DNA of 64,000 bases. It comes from an uncultured Eubacterium sp. Its GTDB lineage: Bacteria > Bacillota > Clostridia > Lachnospirales > Lachnospiraceae. The stretch covers positions 6,925-70,924 of the forward strand of contig CAZOIF010000006.1 in NCBI GenBank assembly GCA_964579975.1, in the 5' to 3' direction. Below, piece after piece: positions 28,727 through 39,261 of the stretch. Each line of letters starts with the position of its first letter. The first letter of the stretch is position 1. Both the position numbers and the translations under genes were made by a program. The notes beneath the pieces were generated by a model. It did not search any database. It saw nothing but the letters and a program-made list of their open reading frames with translations, and was not told the origin of the DNA.

Positions 28727-31455
28727 TGCAGAAATTGAAAAAGCAAAAGGCGCTCTGCTTTTTGCTTTTCTTTTCCCTTGCCTTTGCAGGGATTACCTTT
28801 TGTACTTATTTTTTGTTCCTGAAAAATGGAAAGTCCTTTATCTGGGATTATGATGGCATCAAACAGCACTATGCGGCGCTTGTTTATCTGGGCAGATATT
28901 ACCGGGAGATTGTTTCCGGCTTTTTGCACGGGGATTTTGTGATTCCGATGTTTGATTTTTCGCTCGGGATGGGGGAGGATATCATTACGACCCTGAATTT
29001 TTATGGGCTGGGTGATCCTCTCACGCTGCTTGCTGCCTTTGTGCCGGATGCCGGAATGGAGTATCTGTATGATTTTCTTGTGATCTTCCGCATTTATCTG
29101 GCAGGGCTTGCCTTTTCTTATTTTTGCCGGAAGAAGGGAAGAAGTTATGGATGCACATTGATCGGGGCGCTCATCTATGCGTTTTCCGGATATGTGCTCC
29201 ATGTGGCGGTAAAGCATCCGTTTTTTGTGATTCCAATGATCTTTCTGCCGCTTTCCGTCATTGGGCTTGAGAGGGCATTGGAGGGAAAACGTCTTACTCT
29301 TTTGATCGTCATGGTGTTTGTTACGGCACTGAATGGATTTTACTTCTTTTATATGAACACGATCTTTCTTGTGGTCTATGCATTGGTATGGGTGATCGTG
29401 AAGAACAGAAGACATTCGTTAAAGAAAACGTTTATGGCCGTGGGAAGATGTGCCTTTTGCTATGTCACCGGAGTATTGATGGCATCGGTATTGTTTTTGC
29501 CGGCGATCGTCGCTTTTGTTTCGGGGAACCGGAGCGAGAGTTCGTTCTCTCCGGGAAACTTGCTCTTTTTCAGTGCAAACCGGTATCAGTTCATCTTTAC
29601 AAGACTGATCGGCACGCCAAGGATCACATGGGATTATCTGGGGCTGGTATCCCTTGTTTTTCCGGCTCTTGTGGCTTTTTTCCTGTGTGGCCGGAAAATG
29701 GATAGAATATTAAAAGTAAATATAATTATATGGACGGTATTGATGCTCCTTCCGTTTGGCGGATATATGCTGAATGGTTTCTCTTATGTGTCGGGGCGGT
29801 TTTTGTATCTGGTGACATTTGTGTATGCAGTCGGGACAGTCTATGCGCTTCCGGAACTTTTACGCCCCGGGCGGAAAAAACTGTTCGTGTGTGCGGGGGC
29901 GGCGTTTCTGTATCTGGTGGCGCTGCGGTTTTCCTCGGATGTGGATAAATGGTATGGATGGTTTGGATTTATTTTTCTTATGATCACTCTCTTCATACTG
30001 GTTGCCAGAGAGGTGCGCCGGATTCCGGCAAATGTGGTGCTGGCTGTCCTGGCGGCGGTGACAGCGGTAAATATCATCGGGAACGGCTGGTTTTTATTTA
30101 GTGGAAGAGGACAGGGATATCTGGACGAGTTTGTGGATTCCGGAGAGGCATTTTCGACGATTTCTTCTACACCGGAGGCAGAGATTCCGGTCTGTGGCGA
30201 CGGGGAGTTTTACCGGACGGATGCGTCCGTAAAAGCGACAGAAAATGCGGCTGCTGTAAACGGGAATTACGGTGTATCCAGTTATTTTAGCATCTGCAAT
30301 CCAAACCGTCTCCGCTATCTGCTGGAAGTAGACGATGGTGGAGTACTTGACAGCATGTTTAAAGTCGATGGCCTGGATGGCCGGACGTTTTTGGAGACGC
30401 TTGCCTCGGTGCGGTATTATGCGGTGGAGGCAGGCAGGGAAGAGAGCGTTCCTTACGGTTATCGTTTCGTAAAGGATTTTGAGAGGGGCGGGAAGTTTTA
30501 CAAACTTTATGAGAATAATTATTTTCTGCCTCTTGGCATCACATTTGACAGCTATGTGATGGAGGAGGGAAAACAAAAGAACGAACGGCAGAAAGAGGCG
30601 GCGCCGGATGGAATCCGGAAGCAGTGGGAGATGCTTCAGACGGTCTTTCTGGAGAAAGAGGTTGAAGGAGTAAAGAAAGGTCTGGAAGTACAAGAACCGG
30701 AGCAAGACCAGGGTCTGGATCTGGGGCAGGAGCTTACTGCGATCCCGTATCAAATCGGAGAATCGAAGGGCATTGAAATCCGTAAGAATGGGAAAATACG
30801 CATAAAAAAGAAAAATGCCATGCTTAAGCTTATCTTTGAGGAATCAGAGGCTGCGGAACTTTATGTCAGCCTGGCGGATTTTCAGATCACCCGGAAAAAC
30901 CGGACGTATTGTGATATTACAGTAAAATGCGGTGGGACGAAAAAGACGACACGGGCACTGACAAATGAATGGAACTGGTATTTTGGACGGGATAAATACT
31001 TGTTTAATCTTGGTTTAAGTGGCGAAAAACGGACAGAGTGTGAGATCAGGTTTGAGTGCCAGGGTGAGTTTGATCTCGCTGGATTGAAGCTGTATGCACA
31101 AAAAATGAAGCGTTATGAGAAAGAGATTCGGAACCGGAAAGAGGATACCCTGCAGAACCTTTTGATCCGGAAAAACAGCGTGAGCGGTGACATTTCCCTG
31201 GATCAAAAGAAGCTTTTATTTTTACAGATCCCTTATAGTGAGGGCTGGCGTGCTGAGATAGACGGAGAGAAGGCGGAGATTTTGAGGGCCGATACGGCAT
31301 ACATGGCGCTTGAGGTAGAGGAGGGAGACCACAGGATCCGGCTTTTCTACCGGACGCCTTATGCGGGGACCGGAGGTATACTTACGGTGGCAGGATTTCT
31401 GATCTTTGGGTTGTATATCGTGATGCGGAAAAAGGAGAGAGCGGATGGAGTATAA
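28726..31455 (+). CDS. YfhO-family GT-C membrane glycosyltransferase
   Basis: DGIKQHY, YGLGDP, ALIYAFSGY; C-terminal IPYSEGW...GDHRIRLFYRTP plus TM. Confidence 0.9.
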   Translation: MQKLKKQKALCFLLFFSLAFAGITFCTYFLFLKNGKSFIWDYDGIKQHYAALVYLGRYYREIVSGFLHGDFVIPMFDFSLGMGEDIITTLNFYGLGDPLTLLAAFVPDAGMEYLYDFLVIFRIYLAGLAFSYFCRKKGRSYGCTLIGALIYAFSGYVLHVAVKHPFFVIPMIFLPLSVIGLERALEGKRLTLLIVMVFVTALNGFYFFYMNTIFLVVYALVWVIVKNRRHSLKKTFMAVGRCAFCYVTGVLMASVLFLPAIVAFVSGNRSESSFSPGNLLFFSANRYQFIFTRLIGTPRITWDYLGLVSLVFPALVAFFLCGRKMDRILKVNIIIWTVLMLLPFGGYMLNGFSYVSGRFLYLVTFVYAVGTVYALPELLRPGRKKLFVCAGAAFLYLVALRFSSDVDKWYGWFGFIFLMITLFILVAREVRRIPANVVLAVLAAVTAVNIIGNGWFLFSGRGQGYLDEFVDSGEAFSTISSTPEAEIPVCGDGEFYRTDASVKATENAAAVNGNYGVSSYFSICNPNRLRYLLEVDDGGVLDSMFKVDGLDGRTFLETLASVRYYAVEAGREESVPYGYRFVKDFERGGKFYKLYENNYFLPLGITFDSYVMEEGKQKNERQKEAAPDGIRKQWEMLQTVFLEKEVEGVKKGLEVQEPEQDQGLDLGQELTAIPYQIGESKGIEIRKNGKIRIKKKNAMLKLIFEESEAAELYVSLADFQITRKNRTYCDITVKCGGTKKTTRALTNEWNWYFGRDKYLFNLGLSGEKRTECEIRFECQGEFDLAGLKLYAQKMKRYEKEIRNRKEDTLQNLLIRKNSVSGDISLDQKKLLFLQIPYSEGWRAEIDGEKAEILRADTAYMALEVEEGDHRIRLFYRTPYAGTGGILTVAGFLIFGLYIVMRKKERADGV

Positions 31456-34066
31456 ATTCAAATTTTCGGTGGTGATCCCGGTCGGAGATGACACCAAAGC
31501 TCTCCGTGAGACACTGGATTCCATGATCAGTCAGGATATCGGGTTTGAGGGAAACATCCAGATCATACTTGTGGGTGCCGGGGATGTGGCCCGGGACATG
31601 GAGGAGACGTGTCTGGAATACAAAAAGCAGCATCCGGATCATATCGTGTACGAAAAAGAGCCGGATGGCAGCATAAGTTCGGCAAGAAACCATGGAATCG
31701 GGTCTGTGCAGGGAAAGTATGTGAATTTTGCGGAGGCAGGCGGGCGTTGGACGAAAACGGGTTTGCGGGCTGTGTATGATTTTTTTGAGAAGAAACAGGA
31801 TGTGGTCGATCTGGTGTCGTGCCGGCTGCCCGGAGACAGGAAGGGGAACCGGGTCGTTGATGTGCTCGATCATTATGGGAAGATCCCGCTGTGTGTGACA
31901 GGATGTTTTGTAAAGGCGGAGATACTCACGGGTCATCGGTTTGATGAGAGACTGGATTTTGAAGCGGACGCTAAATTTGTGAACTCCATCCTGTTGGAGC
32001 GATGCAAGTACGGAGTCGTGACGGAGGCCCGTTACCGGAAATCAGAGAGGGAAGAAAACTTTTTACGGGAAAAGAAGATGTCAAAGCGGTGGTATCTGGA
32101 GACGCCGAAGATATATCATCTGGAACTCATTCAGGAATCCATTGAAAAGCATGGTTTTGTCCTTCCCTATATTCAGTATGTTGTTCTGGATGAATTTCAG
32201 TGGAGATTAAGAGAGGATTTAACAACTGTTTTAGCAAAAGAAGAGCAAGACATCTATGAGGCGCATTTAAAGGAAATCCTTTCTTATCTGGATGATGATC
32301 TGATCTGCCGTTTGGATAAAATGTATGTGGAGTATAAGATCTATGCCCTGTCGTTGAAATATGGGTATGATATCACGACAAAACTGAAATATCGTAAAGG
32401 AGTTTTCTATTTCAATCATGTCCGTATCTACAGCATGCAGGCAAAATCGCTGTTTTCCCTTGATGTACTGGAGATCAAGGAGGGGATGCTCCATCTGTCC
32501 GGGCGGATCTGGTGCCCGTTTGCAGATCATCTTCGCATCTATATTGAGGATGGTGATGGAAAAATATTTGACATCGTATCCTCTCCGGCGGGATTTCGCA
32601 AAGCTGTTATACTGGGGAAGGAGATCATGCGGGTCAGAGCATATGAGGTGGCTCTTCCGTTGGAGGAGGCGAAGCAGTATACTGTGTATGGCTGCTATCA
32701 GGAGAAGCCTCCGAGAAAGCTGCATGTAAAGTTTGGAAAATTTTCGCATCTGAGCCATGAAGTGGAGGAACTTTATTATCACGATGGCGGCTACATGATC
32801 GGATATGATGAGGAGAAACAATGTTTTCGTGTGCAAAAGAAACGTTTTTTGCCACATGCGGCAAAAGAACTTCGCCTATTATTGCGCTGCATCCGTGACC
32901 GGAAGGCAGCCATCGCAGGATACCGTATGTTATACCATGTGATGCGTCCGTTCCAGAAGAAGGAGAGATGGATCGTTATGGAGCGGATCAATGTGGCGGG
33001 AGACAATGCGGAGCATTTTTATAAATTCCTCAAGAAAAATGAGGAAAAGGACATCCGCTCGTTTTTTACGATTTCCGAAGAATGCGCCGATTATGAGAGG
33101 ATGAAACAGGTAGGAGCAGTTCTGCCCTTCCGAAAATTCCGGCATAAGTTAAATGTACTTTTAGCAAAAAATATCATTTCTTCCCAAGGTGAGGATAATA
33201 TTTTCAATCCGTGGGACAATGACAGTAACTATATCCGTGATCTGTACAAATACAATTATGTCTTTTTGCAGCACGGGATCATCAAGGACGATCTGTCGGA
33301 GTGGCTGAATAAGTTCAATAAAAACCTCCGGATGTTCGTCACATCGGCAAAACCGGAATACCGTTCCATTTTGGAGGCAGATTATTTTTATGATGAAACA
33401 GTCGTAAAGCTGACCGGGCTGCCGAGATACGATAACTTAAAACAGGATATAACAGCAGAGAAATCCATTGTATTTATGCCGACATGGCGCTTTTCTCTCG
33501 CTGGCGGCATGAATAATGACACCGGCGAGCGGGAGTACAATCCACGGTTTAAGCAGTCGGAATTTTATCGGTTTTACCAGTCGCTGATCAACGATGAGCA
33601 GTTGATCCGGGTGATGAAAGAGAATGGTTACACGGGAAAATTTTTTCTGCATCCCCAGCATAAAGTGCAGACAGGGGATTTTACAGATAATGACACGATA
33701 AAGATTGTACGGGATGTCATCGACTATCAGGAGGAGTTCCAGAAAAATGCCCTTCTCATCACCGATTTTTCCAGTGTGGCGTTTGATTTTGCCTATTTGA
33801 AAAAGCCGGTCATCTATACGCATTTTGACAGGGATACCTTTTTTCAGGGACAGATTTATTCGGAAGGGTATTTTGAATATGAACGGGATGGACTGGGGCC
33901 CGTGTGTTATGATTATGAGACGACCAGACAGGCGATCATCGATGCCGTGAAGAGCGGGTGTCAGCTGGAACCTGTTTATGATGAGCGGGGAGACCGGTTT
34001 TACCAGTGGTTTGACGATAAAAACTGTCAGCGTGTGTATGAGGAGATCCGTGCGCTTGACAGGTGA
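31445..34066 (+). CDS. TagF-type CDP-glycerol/ribitol phosphotransferase with a degenerate N-terminal GT2 domain
   Basis: C-terminal FLQHG, TGLPRYD, MPTWR, LHP, ITDFSSVAFDF; N-terminal GT2 fold lacks DxD. Confidence 0.88.
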   Translation: MEYKFKFSVVIPVGDDTKALRETLDSMISQDIGFEGNIQIILVGAGDVARDMEETCLEYKKQHPDHIVYEKEPDGSISSARNHGIGSVQGKYVNFAEAGGRWTKTGLRAVYDFFEKKQDVVDLVSCRLPGDRKGNRVVDVLDHYGKIPLCVTGCFVKAEILTGHRFDERLDFEADAKFVNSILLERCKYGVVTEARYRKSEREENFLREKKMSKRWYLETPKIYHLELIQESIEKHGFVLPYIQYVVLDEFQWRLREDLTTVLAKEEQDIYEAHLKEILSYLDDDLICRLDKMYVEYKIYALSLKYGYDITTKLKYRKGVFYFNHVRIYSMQAKSLFSLDVLEIKEGMLHLSGRIWCPFADHLRIYIEDGDGKIFDIVSSPAGFRKAVILGKEIMRVRAYEVALPLEEAKQYTVYGCYQEKPPRKLHVKFGKFSHLSHEVEELYYHDGGYMIGYDEEKQCFRVQKKRFLPHAAKELRLLLRCIRDRKAAIAGYRMLYHVMRPFQKKERWIVMERINVAGDNAEHFYKFLKKNEEKDIRSFFTISEECADYERMKQVGAVLPFRKFRHKLNVLLAKNIISSQGEDNIFNPWDNDSNYIRDLYKYNYVFLQHGIIKDDLSEWLNKFNKNLRMFVTSAKPEYRSILEADYFYDETVVKLTGLPRYDNLKQDITAEKSIVFMPTWRFSLAGGMNNDTGEREYNPRFKQSEFYRFYQSLINDEQLIRVMKENGYTGKFFLHPQHKVQTGDFTDNDTIKIVRDVIDYQEEFQKNALLITDFSSVAFDFAYLKKPVIYTHFDRDTFFQGQIYSEGYFEYERDGLGPVCYDYETTRQAIIDAVKSGCQLEPVYDERGDRFYQWFDDKNCQRVYEEIRALDR

Positions 34067-34099
34067 CAACGCCGCTGCTTTGCAAAGGAGGCTCGCAGC

Positions 34100-35278
34100 A
34101 TGAGTACAAAGATAGATGATTTTGTGTTTCTGACGCCGTATGTCAGTCATTTTTCGATCGGAGAGGCAGAAAAGGAGATGGATGCTTCCTGTCAAAAGAG
34201 ACTGGAGCATTTTATCCGGATGACAGGGAAAAAGGTACGTGTGATTCTTTTTACTGGGGAAATGTGTGACTGCCGGGATCAGATCGCATATATCGAGGAC
34301 GAATACGAAGCCGCTACACTAAATCCCGCTTATATCATGGTCAGAAAGGAACTTCTGGAACCATATGAAAAAGTGGATTTTGTGACGCTCTGCCGGATCT
34401 TCCTTCAGGAAAAAAAGTTTGGCGTGTTTGAACCGGATATGGAGAGAAAGCCGGATGCGAAACATGTTTACCGCCGTCACAGGGAGGGGACTTACGGGAC
34501 AGCGCCGGAGGCATACCGTGAGGTACTTTCGATGGTACGGGAAAAGTATGGAGAGATCATTCCCTTTTACCAGAACCTTCTGATCAAAGATCTCTTTCAT
34601 TTGTTTTCGGTTCTTGGGCAGGAGGAGGCCATTCCTTTAAAGAGTGTCCTTGAACAGATTGATGACGATATCATTTGTGGTTGTGGGTGTATCCCGGAAG
34701 ATCTGCTTGTCCGGATCCTTTCTTTTAAACATGGGGAGGATATCGGAAAAGTACTTGTATATCGGAGCGGAAAGCTGACATATAATAATCTGCCGGTGCT
34801 TTTTTTAAAAGAGATTCCGTTTATCATTGATGAAATTCAAAATGATAAAGGCAGATTTAACATAAGCGGAAATGTAATCCTTCCCCTTCCGGAGAGTGAG
34901 ATCCGGTATTTTTTCATGGATCATAACAATAAAAGACATGATATTATCTTTGAGGAGGGCGAAGAGGTTACGTTTCTTGGAGAGAAACTTTTTACGAGAA
35001 AGCGGTTCCGGGTGGAGCTGGATGTGGGAAGTAAGCGTGCCGGGCTTCGTTTTATGTATTGTTACCGGGATATGTATCATGCGAGGATCCGCATCGGGGT
35101 TGACGAGGGCATTGGCATAGAAGAGGATGATCCCCATGGCTTTGATATCCGGGATGGTTATCTTTTGCAGATCGAGAAGAGGATTTTGTCCATTACACCT
35201 CTTACGTTTCGGAGAAGAATAAAGCTGTTCTTTACATTTCCATGGAAAAGCATTAAAATGTACTTATGCAAAAAATAG
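34100..35278 (+). CDS. Hypothetical protein, paralog of the non-TagF part of 31445-34066
   Basis: LEQIDDDII...ILSFKHG...LVYRSG aligns by eye with LSYLDDDLI...ALSLKYG...LKYRKG. Confidence 0.7.
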   Translation: MSTKIDDFVFLTPYVSHFSIGEAEKEMDASCQKRLEHFIRMTGKKVRVILFTGEMCDCRDQIAYIEDEYEAATLNPAYIMVRKELLEPYEKVDFVTLCRIFLQEKKFGVFEPDMERKPDAKHVYRRHREGTYGTAPEAYREVLSMVREKYGEIIPFYQNLLIKDLFHLFSVLGQEEAIPLKSVLEQIDDDIICGCGCIPEDLLVRILSFKHGEDIGKVLVYRSGKLTYNNLPVLFLKEIPFIIDEIQNDKGRFNISGNVILPLPESEIRYFFMDHNNKRHDIIFEEGEEVTFLGEKLFTRKRFRVELDVGSKRAGLRFMYCYRDMYHARIRIGVDEGIGIEEDDPHGFDIRDGYLLQIEKRILSITPLTFRRRIKLFFTFPWKSIKMYLCKK

Positions 35279-35312
35279 AGCATGGCGAAAGACATGCAGA
35301 AATGAGGTAGTT

Positions 35313-36023
35313 ATGATCTACGGAGTTGTACTCGCAGGTGGTGTGGGCAGCCGTATGGGAGATGTTGGGAAGCCCAAGCAGTATCTTTTGATCGGTGATA
35401 AGCCAATTCTCATCCATACACTGGAAAAGTTTTATATGCAGAGCGAGTTTGAGAAAGTTCTTGTGCTGTGCCCGCAGGAGTGGCTGACGCACACAAAGAA
35501 TCTCATAAAAAAATATATTGCAGACACGGCGGACCGGATCGTCGTTCTCACGGGCGGCGACACCCGGAATGAGACGATCATGAATGCCATTGATTATATT
35601 GAAGAGCAGGGAAATCTTGACGAGGAGACGATCATTGTGACCCATGATTCGGTGCGCCCGTTTGTGACGCAGCGGATCTTAGAGGAAAATATCCGTTATG
35701 CGAAGGAGTACGGCGCCTGCGATACGGCAGTGGCGGCGACGGATACGATCGTGTGTAGTGAAGATAATAAGATTATCAGCGAGATTCCGGAGCGGCGGAA
35801 AATGTATCAGGGACAGACGCCGCAGACTTTTAAGGCGCTGAAACTGAAAAATCTGTACCATGCGCTGAGCCCGGAGGAAAAGGAGCTGCTTACCGATGCG
35901 GCAAAGATCTTTGTCATGAAGGGAGAAAAGGTTCATATCGTGGACGGAGAGGTGTTTAACATAAAGATCACCTATCCGTATGATCTGCGTGTGGCGGAAG
36001 CATTAATATATGGTGAAAACTGA
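35313..36023 (+). CDS. tarI: Ribitol-5-phosphate cytidylyltransferase (IspD/TarI family)
   Basis: LAGGVGSRMG, PKQY, HDSVRP, QTPQ, KITYPYD; adjacent to tarJ. Confidence 0.88.
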   Translation: MIYGVVLAGGVGSRMGDVGKPKQYLLIGDKPILIHTLEKFYMQSEFEKVLVLCPQEWLTHTKNLIKKYIADTADRIVVLTGGDTRNETIMNAIDYIEEQGNLDEETIIVTHDSVRPFVTQRILEENIRYAKEYGACDTAVAATDTIVCSEDNKIISEIPERRKMYQGQTPQTFKALKLKNLYHALSPEEKELLTDAAKIFVMKGEKVHIVDGEVFNIKITYPYDLRVAEALIYGEN

Positions 36024-36052
36024 TTATTTGGATGGAAAGGTGAAGATCGGGT

Positions 36053-37099
36053 ATGCTGAATGCAGTTTACCGTCTCGTAGCGCCGAGGCGGTTTGAGGTA
36101 GAATTTACGGATATTGACCTGTGCAGTGGGAACATAATTGTGCGTCCCACCCATTTGTCCATCTGTAACGCTGACCAGAGATATTATCAGGGAAAACGGG
36201 CTCATGAAATCTTAAAAAAGAAACTGCCGATGGCGCTCATCCATGAGGGGATCGGGCAGGTGGTGTACGATCCCGAGGGGATTTTTTCTCCCGGAGAGAA
36301 GGTTGTCATGATACCGAATACACCGGCAGAGATCATAGAAGAGCCGGGAAATGAAGACGATGATGTGATCGCAGAAAATTACCGGACGGATTCGCAATTC
36401 CGCGCCAGCGGGTTTGACGGATTTATGCAGGATGTGGTTGAGATGCGCCGGGACCGTCTTGTAAAGATGCCGGACGGGATCGACCCCTGTGTGGCCGCCT
36501 TTACCGAAATCGTGTCAGTGAGTGTTCATGCCCTGACCCGTTTTGACCGGATCGCCCATCCGAAAAGAGAGGCTGTCGGGCTCTGGGGAGATGGAAACCT
36601 TGGATATATCACAGCTGTGTTTTTTAAGGCGATGTTCCCGGATACGAAACTTTACATTTTTGGCTTAAACAGGGACAAACTGTCTGATTTTACCTTTGCC
36701 GACGATACGTTTCTCGTGACAGATATCCCGGAGGACATTCATTTTGACCATGCGATCGAGTGCGTCGGAGGTGAGGGATCACCCCGGGCGATCAATCAGA
36801 TCATTGACTATATCAGTCCGGAGGGAACGATCGCGATCCTCGGAGTATCTGAAAATCCGGTCTCGATCAATACGCGGATGATGTTAGAGAAAGGGCTTCG
36901 GATGTTTGGCAGCAGCCGGAGTGGACGGGCCGATTTTATCCGAACGATCGGGCTTTATGAGTCAAATCCGGAGATTCCGGAATATTTGCGGAATATCGTC
37001 GGAGCCAGATTTGAGATCAACTCGATCGGTGATATGAAGAAAGCATTTGAGACGGACATCCATAAAGAATTTGGAAAAACCATCCTGATCTGGAAATGA
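36053..37099 (+). CDS. tarJ: Ribulose-5-phosphate reductase (ribitol-5-phosphate dehydrogenase)
   Basis: SICNADQRYY, LPMALIHE, IAENY, WGDGNLG, GSSRSG. Confidence 0.9.
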   Translation: MLNAVYRLVAPRRFEVEFTDIDLCSGNIIVRPTHLSICNADQRYYQGKRAHEILKKKLPMALIHEGIGQVVYDPEGIFSPGEKVVMIPNTPAEIIEEPGNEDDDVIAENYRTDSQFRASGFDGFMQDVVEMRRDRLVKMPDGIDPCVAAFTEIVSVSVHALTRFDRIAHPKREAVGLWGDGNLGYITAVFFKAMFPDTKLYIFGLNRDKLSDFTFADDTFLVTDIPEDIHFDHAIECVGGEGSPRAINQIIDYISPEGTIAILGVSENPVSINTRMMLEKGLRMFGSSRSGRADFIRTIGLYESNPEIPEYLRNIVGARFEINSIGDMKKAFETDIHKEFGKTILIWK

Positions 37100-37142
37100 T
37101 ATCAACTTAATGCGCAGGAAACGTGCGCAGATGGAGGAAACT

Positions 37143-39197
37143 ATGAGTGGATTACTTTCAAATAAAAATAAACGGTTTTTAAAGAAAAGATTAAAATTTT
37201 GGTTTTGCTGCCTGACCCACCCCTTTTTGAACGAGCACCTTATCGTGTTTGAGGCGTTCAGTGGAAAGCGGTGCGGTGGAAATTTGCGGGCGATCTACGA
37301 GGAACTCATGGAAGATGAGCGGTATCTGGATTTTCGGTTTGTGTGGATCGTCAATGACGTGGAGGCACATGCGGATCTGAAAGTGAGACGGCATACGAGG
37401 GTCGTAAAGAAGGATTCCCGTTCGGCCTTTATTCTCTATGCGAAGGCAAAATACTGGTTTAATAACGTGGCGCTGCCAAATTATCTCATTCCGCGGCCGC
37501 ATCAGGTATATGTGGAGACATGGCACGGGACGCCGTTAAAGAAGCTCGGGAATGATATCGAGTACGAGGTGGATCCGAGACAGTCGCTGGCGGAAATGCA
37601 TAAAAAATATTACATCAAGGGGAGAAAGATGGATTACCTGATCTCTCCGTCAAAATTCTTTTCGGAAAAAATGATTTCTTCGTTCCGTCTGGATAAAAGC
37701 CACAGGAAAAATATCATACTGGAGACCGGTTATCCGAGAAATGACGCTCTGTTTAAATTTACCGAAGAGGACACAGAGCGCATCAAAGAGGAAATCGGAG
37801 TGCCAAAGGACAAAAAGGTCATCCTCTATACGCCGACGTGGCGGGATAACCAGTTCAAAAAAGGAGAGGGGTTCCAGTACAATACCGAACTTGATTTTTC
37901 TTCTCTTATGAAAGAACTTGGGGAGGAGTATGTTCTTTTATTCCGCGCGCATCACCAGATCGGATTTAAGGATGTCGCCCATGATGTGCCGGGTGTCATC
38001 GATGTGACAGAGGTAGATGATGTAAATGACCTCTATATCATCAGCGACCTGATGATCACAGACTATTCGTCTACTATGTTTGACTATGGAAATCTCAAGC
38101 GTCCGATGGTCTTTTATATGTATGATCTGGATGAATACCAGGGGGAGATCCGGGATTTCTATTTTGATATCAATGAGCTTCCTGGTCCGATCGTAAAGAC
38201 ACAGGACGATCTCGTGCATGCGATCCGGGATCAGTTTGCGAATTTCCAATACGACGAAAAATATAAAGCATTTACGGATAAATTTAATTATCTGGATGAC
38301 GCCCATGCGGCCAGACGTGTCGTCGAGGCGACCGTGCACACGAAGCTGGGACCGGCATTCCGGTTTTATAAATGGGTCATCCATACGAAAAATGTCATAC
38401 GAAAATCGTTCCGTGACGGTTACATCGCTGTCTCCGGATTTTTCCGCTGTATGGGATTTTGCTTTACGGCGAACAGCAGGCTTCTGCGCTCGTATAAAAA
38501 TAAGCATAAGGGAGAGAGATGTTTCCTCGTTGGAAATGGTCCGAGCCTCAGGATATCGGATCTGGAGGCACTGCAGAAAAAAGGGGAGATTACGTTTGGA
38601 TGTAATCTTGTCACAAAGGCATTTCACGAGACGGACTGGCGGCCGGATTATTATTTCCTGATCGACCGGATCTGTGCGAAGTTCCAGAGCGAGGAGATCA
38701 ATCAGGCGATCAAAGACATTCCGCTTTTTACGAATATCACGACCTATAATATTTTCCGGAATAAGCCGAGAAAGCCGGTCATTCTTTATAATATCGCGAA
38801 AAAGCAGTATAAAGTAAAGCGATCACCGCTTGCTTACTATATTCCGTCCGGTTCGACGGTCATGTCTCTTATGATCGAGATGGCCGTTTACATGGGATTT
38901 TCGGAGATCTATCTCATCGGATGTGACTGCACATCTACTTTTTCGGGAAATACCCACTTTATCCAGGGATATACCGATGATAAGTTAAAGCAGCGGGATG
39001 CGAAAAAGATCATGGACCGGATGAGACGGCTTGGGATCGAGGGAAAAGATTACGAGAAATATTTCCTTGACGGTTCGCTGAATGCGTATACGCTTTTAAA
39101 AGAACATGCCATCAAGCGAGGCGTTACGATCTATAATGCCACGCGAGGCGGAGAACTGGAAGTATTCGAGAGAGTGGATCTGGATTCGTTTTTGTAG
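37143..39197 (+). CDS. TagF-type phosphotransferase fused to a C-terminal DUF115/MAF-like domain
   Basis: TWHGTPLK, GYPRND, YTPTWR, ITDYSS; then CFLVGNGPSL, FGCN, MGFSEIYLIGCD, IYNATRGG. Confidence 0.85.
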   Translation: MSGLLSNKNKRFLKKRLKFWFCCLTHPFLNEHLIVFEAFSGKRCGGNLRAIYEELMEDERYLDFRFVWIVNDVEAHADLKVRRHTRVVKKDSRSAFILYAKAKYWFNNVALPNYLIPRPHQVYVETWHGTPLKKLGNDIEYEVDPRQSLAEMHKKYYIKGRKMDYLISPSKFFSEKMISSFRLDKSHRKNIILETGYPRNDALFKFTEEDTERIKEEIGVPKDKKVILYTPTWRDNQFKKGEGFQYNTELDFSSLMKELGEEYVLLFRAHHQIGFKDVAHDVPGVIDVTEVDDVNDLYIISDLMITDYSSTMFDYGNLKRPMVFYMYDLDEYQGEIRDFYFDINELPGPIVKTQDDLVHAIRDQFANFQYDEKYKAFTDKFNYLDDAHAARRVVEATVHTKLGPAFRFYKWVIHTKNVIRKSFRDGYIAVSGFFRCMGFCFTANSRLLRSYKNKHKGERCFLVGNGPSLRISDLEALQKKGEITFGCNLVTKAFHETDWRPDYYFLIDRICAKFQSEEINQAIKDIPLFTNITTYNIFRNKPRKPVILYNIAKKQYKVKRSPLAYYIPSGSTVMSLMIEMAVYMGFSEIYLIGCDCTSTFSGNTHFIQGYTDDKLKQRDAKKIMDRMRRLGIEGKDYEKYFLDGSLNAYTLLKEHAIKRGVTIYNATRGGELEVFERVDLDSFL

Positions 39198-39261
39198 GCG
39201 GGGATGATCAGGAGAGTGTTATGAAGGAATAGTTGTTTTTTATAAAGCCAGAGGTGAGATT

